Program-made: the position numbers and the translations under genes
Shown here: positions 12,971 to 25,872 of the stretch, one piece after another
Position numbering within the stretch: the stretch's first letter is position 1
Layout: every line of letters starts with the position of its first letter
The notes under the pieces: generated by a model
Told to the model about the DNA's origin: nothing
The model's input: the letters and a program-made list of their open reading frames with translations, nothing else
The model's database searches: none
NCBI GenBank assembly: GCA_044892525.1
Contig: CM097885.1
Coordinates: 25,484,001-25,548,000 of the forward strand
DNA length: 64,000 bases
Direction: 5' to 3'
Source: Schmidtea polychroa
Taxonomy: Eukaryota

Positions 12971-13023
12971 TCCTGCATAGAACTGATGAGAGCCAAAAGC
13001 TCGAAACTAGTCTACTATTGGGA
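12971..13023 (+). ncRNA. Minimal type I hammerhead ribozyme (Penelope-like element/retrozyme type)
   Basis: Core CTGATGA 12983-12989; stem II GAGC/CAAAA/GCTC; GAAA 13003-13006; palindromic ACTAGT in place of stem III; GTC cleavage triplet ending 13012; stem I (TCCTG)CATAGAA pairs with TACTAT(TGGGA) with one A.A mismatch. Confidence 0.8.
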
Positions 13024-13518
13024 TTTGCACTGGGTATCACAAAGCTTGTACTGATTATATCATTCAAATTTTAGACATCCGGTAAAAATAAATTTTTTAT
13101 ACCATTATTTAAAAATTAAAAATAACTAACATTTTTTTGAAATAAATTTTCCATTAAAATTCATATAAATAATTAAAAAATGTGAAATTTCCATAATTTT
13201 TTATAAAATCTTTTTTTGGCACTAATAATTCATTTTTCTTTGTATGCAAATCTTGCCAGCTCACGCAATAATTTTTTTTTAATGAAGGGTAGGGTAAATG
13301 TTATTATTCCGTACAAATGGAATCAAATTTTAAGATTTTTTCTTACTTCCCTCGGTCCAATAAAGGTATCTGGAAAGCAGATGTTTGAGAAACATTTGTC
13401 TTATCATTGCAATTTGTCTGGGTCAGAACTTTTTTCATTGTTGTTTTGATTGACAATTGACGTCTTCACTTTTCTTCAATCGTAATGCTAAAGTGTTTTA
13501 TTCTACTTTATATGCAGG

Positions 13519-13721
<203 letters not shown>

Positions 13722-13879
13722 AGGGCTAGTATTAAATTGAGCATTAATTTATTTAAAGAACTATATTAATTTAAATGAAAAAATACATTAATCAATTTAA
13801 GAAATTACATTGGACAAAAATTTCATTATTTAATATTATTTTGAAATTAAAAAATCACAGATCATAATTAATAAAATTG

Positions 13880-14038
13880 TCATTGTCTTAGTGAGGCCTT
13901 TTTAGCTTTCGAAGGTCTTCCTCTCTTGCGCTTGGTTCGAATATCGACATTTTTTGCCTCTGATGATGGTTTGCAATATTTTAATATGATCCCCATACCA
14001 ACCACATGTTTGCAAATGTAATTCTTTAGAAATGCAGA
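13880..14038 (-). mobile_element. Mutator-like (MULE) transposase C-terminal fragment
   Basis: [10 protein letters not shown] (SWIM zinc finger end) followed, after a frameshift, by KPSSEAKNVDIRTKRKRGRPSKAKKASLRQ*, a typical invertebrate MULE tail. Confidence 0.65.
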
Positions 14039-14081
14039 TTTATTTCTCACGAATTTTCGGCACTGCCCTTTTCAAGTGAAC

Positions 14082-14228
<147 letters not shown>

Positions 14229-15396
14229 GTAAATAAATAAATAGCTCATAATATTTTATCTCAGCATATTTTGTCATTAATCGTATTTACATTATATTCA
14301 TATTTCAACTAATTCAATCAGAAGGTTGATTTAATTTAATTAAGCAATATAAACTAAATATTCCAACAAAATTCTCTCAACACATAATTATTTTAATTTT
14401 TTAGCACTTAAAATTGTGCTTTGTTAGAATTGTAGTCTTGTTATGATGCCTAGTGTCAATAATAATATTATATTTTTATAATTAGCCGTTATTATAATAA
14501 ATAATAGGTGTATAAGGGCGTATTTTCCTTTCTATCTAAATAAATTTCTTCTATCATCATATTAACCCTAAAATTAAAGACAAATCACTAAAAATATAAA
14601 AATATGATAATAAGCAAGTAAAAATAAAAAATATTACACTTAACAAATAACAAAAATTAAATACAAAATGAAATGGTCATTATTATCGCCACAAGGATCG
14701 GAATCATACAAGTCATCATAAGTTAATTGTCCGAATTTCAATTTCGAGCAGACCGCCAACCTCAGATTATTTTGTTGTCATATGTATGTTCATCCTATAT
14801 CTGTTAGGCCCTATCATGTAATATTTTAATTTAATGATGGGTAATATTCTTCCATCTTCCAAAATATTTGTGATATTATGTTTTCTATAGACATTTATAG
14901 CTGTCAATTATTTACTATGAATTTTCAATATGGTTTCAAACGAATGTTTTCAGATAATATTTTATTTATGAATTGTTATTTGCATTTTAATTTAAATAAA
15001 TTTTAGTATTAAACATTATTTCATTTAAACAAAAAATAAAAAATACTTTATTAAAACATTTAAAATTATCAATTGTTATTCCGATATTCTGCCGATCCTC
15101 AGACAGAGCAGCACTACAATTAAAATAGATGTCATTTGTGTTTTGTGTATTGTCAATTATTAGAATGTTATTGTACTTTCAATGACACTTCACAATTATC
15201 ATTTCTAGCTATATTATTGAGTGATTTGCATTTTTAAAAAGCTAGATAATTTTTTTCATATAGATTGCACCACCTTTCAAGTCACCTTGAAGCCCTTTCA
15301 CACAATTTATGACACCACAGAACTTTCAATAAATTATTTTTACAGCCAAAATCAAATTGCTTCTTTATTCATTGGAAATGGGAAATTTATTACCAA

Positions 15397-15591
15397 TTGT
15401 TAAAGGTTAATATAAAAATTGTAAATAAAATAAATTCACTATTTTTACAACTTTTTTTTGATATTTGTAAACCTTTATCAAACATTATCAATATGACATT
15501 TTTCACTGATTATTTTCCCTCAGACTTCATGATTTTTGTAATGCACAGTAAAATAATAAATAAATTTGAATTTGTAATTGGTAATTTTTGA
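15397..15591 (+). mobile_element. Decayed non-LTR (LINE) ORF2 fragment just upstream of the RT domain
   Basis: ICKPLSNIINMTFFTDYFPSDF resembles the IxxPLxxIINxSxxxGxFP motif of CR1/L2-type ORF2. Confidence 0.4.
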
Positions 15592-15810
15592 ATAAGGAAT
15601 CCAAACATTCTTAAGGCTCAATTTCTTCTCTTAAAAATCTGGAGAATGTGAAACCCTATTTTGTGAATAGATTGATATTTCAATACTTCTTTTCAAATCA
15701 TACACGGAATGTCAGAGGTTGTATATATATATATATATATATATAGTATTTATTAAAAACTTGACTATGAATCAGTAAAGATATCGATGTTCTTTTTATA
15801 TTCACGAATT

Positions 15811-15924
<114 letters not shown>

Positions 15925-15929
15925 GATAG

Positions 15930-16891
15930 GTTTAATTGTTAATGACCAATGGGAAATGACGCACAAGGAAATCAGTACTAACCAGCCAGATCGTTCTCTT
16001 ATTTCCTTTTATAAATACATGGAAAATAAAATTGTTAAAACGCCTGAAGACCGACCAAAATTAAGAGAAAAGTTAGGAAAATTTACTCATGAAAATGGAA
16101 TAGCGTTTCAAGACATATATTTTGAGCATTTGGAAAAACTTGTGTGGAACTATGAAAACCAACCAGATCTTACAGTTAAAGGAAATAATGACAAACTCTA
16201 TCATTATATTTTGCCTAATTTTTTTCAAACAATTAGCTTTTTATATAAAAACAAAAGAGATTTTGCCATTATCATTCGAACTTTTGGTTTAGACATTCCT
16301 CCGATACTTAGGGCTATTAAAGCATTCATCAATGGTGACCATCCGATGTTTCCTGAAAATATGGACATTAATCTTTGTGACTGGCAAAATGAATTGGTTA
16401 TGGACACAAATAATAAAGAATATGTTTACAACTTTAAGAGTTGTAATGACCAGGAAATCGAAACAACTACCGACGAAGAGGAAATTGTTAAACACTGGAA
16501 CTCTATAAACGGAATAGCCGCAGTAAAGGACGACTTTAAATATTGGTCAGACAACAATTTTCATTACACAGCCTCGAAGCCATTGTGGATCAACCATAAA
16601 TTGGAAGCATCAGGCAAAAATTGTCATCACATATTTTTTGATGACTGCATTCGACCAAGGGACACCGACAGCATTGTGCATTTACGTTACCTGAAACCAA
16701 ACAGAGCAGATCTTACGATTTCTTCGAATGGAATTCCAAACAGCAGTTCAATTCTAGATCAGCAACAAACAGAAAAGTATCTCAACATAAATTTGGTACA
16801 GTCGGATTTGCTTGACTGCATTCGTAATAATAATTATTTCATTGACAAAATCAAGAACTGCGAAAAGAATTTTTCTATGATCAAGTTTTGA
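15930..16891 (+). CDS. Exon 2 of the uncharacterised HAD-fold-like protein
   Basis: Acceptor GATAG| at 15928-15929; G|GT TTA ATT GTT restores frame. Motifs IIIRTFGLD and HIFFDDCI (HAD motif II/IV-like); stop TGA at 16891; AATAAA near 16993. Confidence 0.88.
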
Positions 16892-17239
16892 ATTGTTTTT
16901 TTATTCAACTAGAATCATTTTTGATTTGAGGACTTTATTATTTTATAATTTTTCTGAAGTAGGGATTTAAGAATTTATTTTATTTTTTGTTTAATAAATT
17001 TGAAAAATTTATTCAGTTTTTATTTGACAGCCAAGGGGTTTTGATCATTTAACCTTAATCATGACTTGTTGTGACAATATCACGTAAATGCAATATTTCA
17101 CAAAGTATATCATCCACTTTGAAATATTTGTTACTTTAGTGAACGTAGGGAAAATTCAAAAAATTTGGATGAAACCGCTGTGTAGATAAAAATGTGCAAT
17201 GCATTAAACTTGAAAATCTGTCATTTAGTATAGCACGAG

Positions 17240-17450
17240 AGTAGATGGATAGAGGCCCACTAACTCAGATACCCTCCTGGGTGTAGAAATTTTTTTTTAA
17301 ATTATGTAGGCCAACTGAAAAAACAGGAATTTTTTTGAAAAAATATGGAGGTCAACTCAAAGACAAAAGAATTTATTTAAATTTTTTGTAGGTAAACTCA
17401 TACTTAAAAAAAAATTTTTTAAATTAAAGTCATGCTGGAAGATGACTAAA
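17240..17450 (+). mobile_element. Isolated Polinton-family left terminus, same subtype as 51161
   Basis: AGTAGATGGATAGAGGCCCACTAACTCAGATACCC versus AGTAGATGGTTAGGAGCCCGCTAACTCACATACCC at 51161. Confidence 0.65.
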
Positions 17451-17654
17451 TTTTTATGTGTTGATAGAGTTGCATGTGTTCTACATTATGGTGTTACTTA
17501 GACCTTCGAGGGTTGAACCATGGTGTGTCAAAACCTATAAAGGGTAAAAATATTTGATTTAATCAAATATGCTTTAAAAGATCGGCACCATCGTGGAAAA
17601 CATGTTGAATAATACAAATTAATTTTTAATAAAATCATTAAACCTTTTTTTATT

Positions 17655-17741
17655 TTTGTTACTTCGACTTATACACCGGTTTCCAATTTAGGACTTAAAA
17701 ACCTCTTAAAATTTACTCGACTTATACGCGAATATATACGG
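17655..17741 (-). mobile_element. pogo-like transposon end
   Basis: ...TCGACTTATACGCGAATATATACGG|TA with a subterminal repeat TCGACTTATAC. It has the same TA-CCGTA start as the 9134-11195 element but a different TIR. Confidence 0.55.
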
Positions 17742-17744
17742 TAG

Positions 17745-18130
17745 TTATCTGTGGTAACATTTACCAACTATTTCAAACATTTAGCTACAAATACATGTTC
17801 ATTTAGGGTAACATTTAACAAAATCATAGATATTTTAAGTTTTTTAGTTAGATATACATGGCTAATTGACGTGGCATCCGACAAATTCATAGGTAATTTA
17901 TGTAAATTTGTAAAAAAATAGTTATTTAAGGGGTTCTTTAACAAGTTATTAATTAAATTATGTATATTTGTTAGAAATATATCGTTATCTGAGAAAACAT
18001 TTCACAAATCCACAGAGAATTTATATACCTATCTTAGAAATGCATGGGTATTTGGAGATTTTCATTTGAGAAACATTTAGCAAATTTATATTCAATCTAT
18101 GCATATTTGATGGGAAACTTTTCAAAATAA
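17745..18130. repeat. Degenerate ~60-63 bp tandem repeat, about 6 units
   Basis: A recurring pattern GTTATyTG..AACATTTAACAAA..ATAG..AATTTATG..TTTGTTAGAAATAyA. Confidence 0.5.
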
Positions 18131-19513
18131 ATAACATTTTGCATTATATTAGTGCAAATTTGCATAACGTACTACCCACTGGACGCATGCAACACTTATA
18201 AGAAAGCTCTTTAGTGTCAGAAAAAATAATTAATATTTAAAAAATAAATCTAATCTATATTTCATATGATACCAGTATTACCATTATTATACTATTAACT
18301 ACCTATTTGGCCTCAACTATGTTCCTTAAAATTTTGGACCCTCGGCGCTTCTTAAGTTGTGTAGGTCTGTATTAGTGTATTCTCTTTGCAGGTTATGAAA
18401 TTGTTATCTTAAATAACTATTATTTGTAAACACCAACAGTAAATTTATTTTTTAAATAAAAAAATAAAAACATTTAAACTTGAATTTTATTAATGTGATC
18501 AACGTAAAACAAAGATTTACGTGTTATTGAAATTAATTTAACTTGGATTTTTAAGCTTTGATTTTAGGTTTATACAGAGCCGGCGCTACTATTATTAAGG
18601 CGAATTAGGCGGTCGCCTATGGCGCTATCCAGAGAGGGCCGACAAATTTGTAATCGCCATTATTACAACATAACTAATAATTAATAACTTTGATTATATT
18701 ATATAAACTATAGACACAGGGTAATATAATAAGATAATTATCGTGTTTAATATAAATCTTTTAATTTCGAACATTGTAGATGGTTATCTAATTTTAATGT
18801 TGATTTAGAAATCACTCCAGCGCATTACGCGGTGTTCTACAACACGTGCAATTTTGATTTTTAATTCTACCGAGAACGTACTTTTCGATGTTATTGTTTG
18901 TGTATCACCATTTTTATCGCATACAACGAAATACAAACAGTCGCAGTAAACACAACAGTTATAGTTTACTGATAATTACAGTTTTACTGATAAGTGTAAT
19001 TTTGTGCATTATTAGAAAATTAATTGAATCAGTGAAGTTAGGTGCAGTAAATTTTATGTTGTTATCCTTCAAACGACTAAACATTAAACACTTCTTTGCT
19101 GGTAAGTTTAATAGCAAATATTACTTTGTTTTATTAAAATAATTAAATATTATTTATAGTGGTACATTAGTACTTTTAAAATGTCATCAAAATGTCATCA
19201 GATCACGCAGATGAAGGTATTTCAAACAAAAAAGAAAATAAAAGAGAAGAAAGTGTTTCAGAGTTTGATTTTATGATGCAAAGCGAATGCTCACGTGAAA
19301 TTAAATCCAGTACCAGTGTCACGATTAATTATGTATATTACAATGACCTAGGAAAATGGCCTGACTATTGTAATGATAATTTTCATCAGATTTTATTACA
19401 AAATCCACCACATCAAATTATTACATATAATTTTCCCAGAGATTCCAAAAATCGAATATTTTCTCCAATTCACTATAAGAGAAAACTAGCCAATGGTGCA
19501 GAAGTATACCGTT

Positions 19514-19917
19514 TGTTAGAAGAAGACATAGTTTCACAGAAATCTTTATTCACTTCAAAAATCTAAACGGAACACACAATCGTTATACTATTTATAGTAC
19601 ATTGAATTGCGTAATCTACAAAAGGGAGAATTATTAGTTTAAGTCAGTGGTACGCAAACCTTTTACCTCCCGGCACAAAATAGAAAAAAAAGTCAAGACA
19701 TAAATAGAAAGAATGTATTTTAAATTCTTTTACGGCACACTAATATGCCGCGGCACATAGTTTGCGTACCACTGGTTTAAGTGATACTGTTGACACAGAA
19801 GACAAACATACTTACTTAATTTAGTTAATCAAGCATTCCCGCATCATTCAATAGATATCAAGGTCTAGTGACCTGGTTATGTAAGTAATTCGTTGGAAAT
19901 TATTATATCATCTTACA
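19514..19917 (-). repeat. 3' LTR of Gypsy 1 (contains a MITE and the TATA box)
   Basis: Matches 25619-25872 (254 bp) after removing the 130-bp MITE, its 8-bp TSD and a 12-bp TATA-containing segment. Confidence 0.95.
19645..19774. mobile_element. 130-bp hAT (Buster-type) MITE
   Basis: TIR CAGTGGTACGCAAAC / GTTTGCGTACCACTG; perfect 8-bp TSD GTTTAAGT (nnnTAnnn); absent from the sister LTR. Confidence 0.95.
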
Positions 19918-21820
19918 TCCCCCTCCATTTAAAACTTTTGATCCATTCTACATTTCGAATTATTTCTTTGCCTTGCTTATTCTTTAGAACATAGCTTCTG
20001 TCATGTCGTTTTCCAGTTATTTCATAAGGCCCTTCATAACGTTCATCCATCTTTCTAGTATTTTCTTTTTAACCAATACTTGGTCTCCAACTTCAAAATT
20101 CCTATAATTTTGTGTAATTAAATTCTTTTCTATGTTTTGTTTATGTTTAATTCCCTCCACGATCTCCCTTCTTCGATTATTAGCATCATTATTTTGTATA
20201 TCCAAATTCTCTTTTTCCATCCATTGTCTACAAATATTCCGCCCAAATATTATTTCAGAGGGCGAAAATCCGGTTGTCTGCTGTATCGTCGCATTTAACA
20301 TAAATTCCACATCTGGCAATATTTCTGCCCAATCTTTATGCCGTTTGTCTTTTAACGTAATTGCAATTGCATCCCTTATAGTTCTAAATTGCCTCTCAAC
20401 TAAATCGTTTGTACTATGATGATATGGGCTTGAATATATTATTGTAATATGATGCGTTTTCAACACTTCTAAAAGGAGTTGAGATTCAAATGTTTTTCCT
20501 CTATAGGAGTGAATGATTTTAGGGGCACCAAATTTTGTTTTGCACCAAACTGTTTGGCACTTACTACATGAAGTACAGTCTTTTCTTGATAGGGCATCTG
20601 CGTTAGCATGGAATTCTCCTTTTCTGTATTCTAATTTGATATCTAGCCCACTTAAATAGTTAATCCATGTTTGGAATTGTGCTGTAATTGGCTTTTTTGT
20701 ATTTATCATAAAGGTTATAGCTTTATTATCGGTTCTTAAAGTAAATCTTTTTCCATATAGATAGTGTTTGAAATGCTGAGTAAAATGATAGATTGCAAGC
20801 AATTCCTTTCGCGTAATGCAGTAACCGATTTCGTGCTTATTCATTGTCTTTGATCCATATGCAATAACTTGTTCTTGTCCATTACTACTCAACTGCGAAA
20901 GCACTCCCCCAATCGTATCGAAACTAGCATCTGTATCTAAAATAAAGGTTTTTCGTAAATCCGGAAATCCTAGTACTGGGGTAGACGTTAACGCTTTCCT
21001 TAGAGTGTTGAAATTTGTTTCACATTCTTCAGTCCATATAAGTTTATCTTTGTTAGACCCACATAACCTTTCTAATGGTCTTGCATACTTGGCGTAATCT
21101 TTAACAAATTTTCGATAATAATTTGTTAAGCCTAGAAAGTTTCTTAAACGTTTAATACATTTTGGTTTTTCGTATTCTTGCATTGCTTTTATCTTTTCAT
21201 AATCTGTCTTAATACCATTTTTATTTATAATGTGTCCCAAAAATTTTATTTCTAGTTTGTAAAAACAACATTTTCAACTATTTTCAAACCAGCTTCTTGA
21301 ATCTTTCGAAAGACTCTTTCTAGTCTTTTTTATGTTCGATTTCATTGTCTGCAAATATAAGGATATCGTCTAAATAGACAATTGCTTCTCTCCAATTAAG
21401 ATCACCCAAAATTTGAGTCATTAATTTTTGAAAAGTTGCTGGGGCAGCTGAAATTCCAAAAGGCATTCGGTTAAAACAATATTGACCATCTTTTGTTGAA
21501 AATGCAGTCTTTATTTTTGATTCCTCTTCTAATTCCACTTGATAATAAGCATTATCAAGATCGATAGTGCTAAATATCTGTGCTCTATTTAGGATATCCA
21601 TCATCTCTTCAATATTTGGTATTGGAAATCGAGGTCTCTCCGTAATTGCATTTAGTGCCCGAAAATCCAAACATATTCTAATATCTGATTTATTCTTTTT
21701 TAACACACATACCAATGGGCTATTCCACACCGAGTCACATTTTTTTATAATTCCTGCTTCTTCCATGTCTTTTAGCATGTCTTGTATTTTGTGAGCAATA
21801 TGAATCGGCTGACGTCTAGG

Positions 21821-24618
21821 CAGTGGCGTAGCCAGAAATTTCAGAGGGGAGGGGTGCAAAATATTTTTTTTATTAAAAAAGTCCTAGAAATTCGTAATAA
21901 GTTTTGCCCTCAAAACCCCAGAGCTATTTCGAATGAATTTGATAAGTATATTTAAACATGGTAATAACATTTATTCTTGATCAAAGGAATTCACACGTCA
22001 AGTCGTCGTTTTCCTTTGCGGAACTCGCATATAAATTCATCAAAATTAACTTCCGTGTCACGATGAATGCTCAGAAACATTAGTCCGTTGAGTCTTTCCT
22101 CTCCTGTTGTATTTCTGTCGTCCGTTTTAAGTTGCTTCATTTTGCTGAAAGAGCGTTCGACGTCAGCGGTTGTTATGTGAATCACATTATAGATTTTCAG
22201 CAATCGGAACACGTTTGGGAACATTTCTTGAGGGCAAGCTTTTAAATGTTCCATTGAAGTCCGTGGTTTTACTGTTGCATTTCCCAGTCTTTTCTGCCAC
22301 ATCTCAACTTCTCCGAAAAACATCTGCACTGATCCGTTCAAATCTTCCACGTAGAAATGGTAAAGTTGCATAAGACTGTTCTGAACTTCTCTGCTCAACA
22401 GCCACTCTGGGTTGAACATTATATTTTTGAAATTTGCAAGCACTGCGTTTTCTCGAAATTTTTCTTTGAGCTCTCGACATACCGAATTCAACAGCGGGAT
22501 GAACAGACAACTATAATAAAACTCTACAGGCTGCTGATTTATTCCATCTAATCTTGGCCTTCCTTTATTTTTCAGCAATGAAATTTCAATTTCAAAGCAA
22601 GATGCTACGTCAGATGTTTCTTTGAATAAGGTTTGAAAATGGTCTTTGCTGTTCTCAGTAACCGTCTCAAGCTTCTCGATGAGATCATTGGTCGATGCTA
22701 TGGCAGTGCTATAATCTATTGAAGGTGATTGCAGAAGCCGACTTAACGGCAGGATGAAGTTGAACACGAATTTTAATGTGACAAGAGTAATAATGAAGTC
22801 GAAAGTCGACACTGTGTTAAGAAAACCTTGAGCTTTCACATTATCTTCGTTGTTACTCCATTCCGAAATTACATTCAACACGTCAATTGCTGGCTCGAAA
22901 AGTTCGAAGAATGTGTTGACTGCTTCGTGTCGTTCAATCCAGCGCGTTTCGCAAGTATTTTTTAGCTTTCTCTTAGCAGTTTCTGGCATTGTTTTCTCGA
23001 TTGATTTGCCAAATTCAACTTGTTTTTTCGGTGAGTTTAAGAAGTTGTAGATGCTTTTAATTGTGCCAAGACACAGGGTTATCTGCTTTACTTTGCAGCT
23101 TTCTCCAATGACCAAGTTTAATCGATGACTGAAACAATGTACGTAAGTAACCAGAGGAAAATTTTCCCGGACCATTGCCGAAACGCCTGATTTCCTTCCA
23201 CTCATCACTCTTGCTCCGTCTAAGCCAATTCCTCGACACTTTTCCATTCGTAACTTCATCGTGTTTGCCATGCTTAACAATGAGTCAGTAAGTCCTTTGT
23301 CAGTAACATCACACAAATCTGTGAGCATTGAAAATGTTTCAACAATATTATCGGCATCAATGTCGATAGAACGGAGTCCAATCGACATTTGTTATATTGC
23401 GGAAACATCCGATGACTCGTCGGCGAGAATAGAGAAAAATTCAGACTTTATAACTTTCTGAAGAAGCTTCGTCAAAGCAATCTCATTAATTATAACGATT
23501 ATTTCGTTCTGCATTGTGCTACTTAAGTATGTAGCATTTTTTGGCGAACTTTCTAATGCATTCCGAAAAAAATCGTCCCTCGAAGCAAGAAGTCTAATCA
23601 GATTTCTGAAGTTTCCGTCGTTGATGCCCTGTTGGTCGTTAAATATCCCGCCAGAATCTCTATGCGAGCGAGATAATTGATGGTGTCAAAAATTCCTTCC
23701 AAAAGAATCAAATTTTGCTTTCTTTCAACTTCTTTCTGCCTCGTCAACAGTCGTTCAATAGTTATTTCGGGGTTTTTGTTGACTACATAGAGAGTTTTTG
23801 CTGTTTCAATTGATCGTAAATGGTATGGCGCTTTTGCATGAGCAGTGAAAGTTTCACGGCACTTTTGGTAATTCTTGAAAGGTGTTCGGACAAGCAGTGA
23901 TCCAACTTGATCCCCGATCGCAAAGAAAAAGCAAAATTTGCAATAAAGTCCATCTCCTGCAACCGAGTAAATCAGCCAATCAAACTCACACAGCCAGTGA
24001 TAACTTAATTTCCGCTTTGTTGCCCCTTTCATTACTGCCGGGAAACTGAAGTGTGGTGGAGGATTTTTAAGCTTGCCCAAAGCATCAATTTTTTCAGAGT
24101 CATTTAATTGTGACCGCCGATATGACTCTATATCAGCTTCTTGGCTTTGAAAGGCACTACGTTCCTCCTTTTGTTCAGACCCCCCTCTTTTCGGCCACCG
24201 GTAACTCGAAGTTTTGATCGAAATCGTTTTCCTCCGTATCAACTTTTGATGTCTTAGCAAAAAATTTGGAAAGCGAACCCTGATGATGTTTTTTCATGGC
24301 TAAAATCGATTAAAAATTAAAATTCAATGCAAGTAAAGACATAAAATATAATTGCTATTTACTGCAACTTTACGAAATATGAAACTAATTTTATCGAGCA
24401 CTAACTATAATATTGTTTATTTACACTGTATCGTCCCTCGAAAAATTTATTGGGTCATTCCATTAGGACAATCTTCGATATTCAATTAATAGAAGCTTCT
24501 TGGCTCAATTAAATGTCTCATGAGACAATTATTCGGACAAAAAAAACCTAGCATTTCAATTATTTCGTCTGGAAGAAAGGGTGCAAATGCACCCTTGCAC
24601 CCCCTGGCTACGCGCCTG
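21821..24618 (-). mobile_element. hAT transposon B (P52rIPK/THAP12-like transposase) inserted in the Gypsy 1 pol
   Basis: TIRs CAGTGGCGTAGCCAG and CTGGCTACGCGCCTG; perfect 8-bp TSD CGTCTAGG at 21813-21820 and 24619-24626. Confidence 0.95.
21991..24297 (-). pseudogene. hAT-B transposase, frameshifted
   Basis: Likely ATG at 24297 (MKKHHQGSLSKFF). WLIYS..LYCKFC (TTF), ILADESSD, LDGA, HCFSHRLNL, CETRWIER and TTADVERSFSKMK; pieces in ORFs 23598-24260 and 21991-23388. Confidence 0.9.
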
Positions 24619-24899
24619 CGTCTAGGATTAATTGTCACTGGGATACCTCTAGTAACTATCTTATGTTTAATTAACTGTGTTTTTCCTACATCCCATTTAT
24701 TTTTCATGAATATATCCGAAAATTCTTTAAGTAATTTATTAGTCGTTGGGTCGATAATTCCTTTCAAATTGTTTTCCTCTAAATTCATTAATTGAATTTT
24801 TAATTTTACTTTAGTTACTGCCTATAATTTAATATCAAAACAATTCATCATTTCTACGCCTGCAATTACGCTCGGGTTAATCTTATTTGCCACAACATT

Positions 24900-25619
24900 G
24901 CTCTCCACACGCCCAACATCTCTGCAGTCTAAATCGCTTGGTCCCGTTCTTCCAGTCACTTTTATTTGGCATATTGAAATTCACGGCCTAATTGGTTCTA
25001 GAGTTAGAAAATATTGGCGTCTTATTCTGTTGGTACAACTGAGTTTTCTCGGACTTTTGACTGTCTCCGCATATGATTTATTTTCATGTAGAGATGCTAA
25101 TGATTGTTCACTTGAAAGCTCTTTTTGAATTTCTTCCATTCTTGATATCACTTCCTTGGCCTTATCTACTGATTTAACTTCTCTTAATTTCAATTCTTTT
25201 TTTGTTTCCATATCTTCCATTGCATTCTGCATTAAAAATAACATTAATGCCGGTTTTGTTAATTTGTGTCGAAGAACATTGTCGACGAGCTTTTCCACTT
25301 TATTGAAAAATTCGGTGCACGAGTCATTTCCTTTTCGATATCTTAAAGCTGCGTCTAGATCCATGGCTAGATTTTTCTTTGGCTCGAACGCTTTTCTTAA
25401 TCTTTCTTCATAGCCTGAATAATCGCTCTGTACTTCTTCATATTTCTGGATCAACTCTACCGACAGAAAGGCCTTGGTAAAAATTTCTTGAGTTTCTTGC
25501 GGTTGTTGAGTGACTTCGAAAAATCTCTTCAATTCCAAAATAAAAATTTTTAAATCACCATTTGGCAGCAATTGATTAGGTGGCTTGATATAGTTCTGGA
25601 GTCCTGGCGTGGTCGCCAT
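24900..25619 (-). pseudogene. Gypsy 1 gag (starts MATTPG at the LTR/PBS junction), truncated in the first zinc knuckle
   Basis: Aligns with the Gypsy 2 gag (FILELKRFF, EERLRKAF, FFNKVEKLVD); CWACGE is followed by a deletion. Confidence 0.85.
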
Positions 25620-25872
25620 GTTAGAAGAAGACATAGTTTTACAGAAATCTTTATTCACTTCAAAAATCTAAACGGAACACACAATCGTTGTACATTGAAT
25701 TGCGTAATCTACAAAAGGGAGAATTATTAGTTTAAGTGATAGTGTTGACACAGAAGACAAACATACTTACTTAATTTAATTATACAAGCATTCCCGCATC
25801 ATTCAATAGATATCAAGGTCTAGTGACCTGGTTATGTAAGTAATTCGTTGGAAATTATTATATCATCTTACA
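25619..25872 (-). repeat. 5' LTR of Gypsy 1 (254 bp, TATA deleted)
   Basis: TG...CA ends, near-identical to the 3' LTR, adjacent to the PBS. Confidence 0.95.

Larger units (their letters stand above)
19925..24897 (-). pseudogene. Gypsy 1 pol (RT, RNase H, partial integrase), frameshifted, internally deleted and split by hAT B
   Basis: INPRR|QPIH joins across hAT B. Motifs CLDFRALN, MPFG, YLDD, ILDTDAS and TRKELLAI. Deletion near 20548 removes the integrase HHCC and first D; deletion near 24898 removes the protease DTG. Confidence 0.9.
19514..25872 (-). mobile_element. Ty3/Gypsy LTR retrotransposon 1 (defective)
   Basis: LTRs TG...CA at 19514-19917 and 25619-25872; 5-bp TSD CCGTT (19509-19513, 25873-25877); PBS TGGCGACCACGCCAGGA (25602-25618, tRNA-Arg-like); PPT at 19918-19930. 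Confidence 0.95.

Noticed and set aside
12937..13100. Full U1 snRNA gene
   Set aside because: Only the 5' ~14 nt match; no GATCACGAAG loop I or Sm site follows in the expected arrangement.
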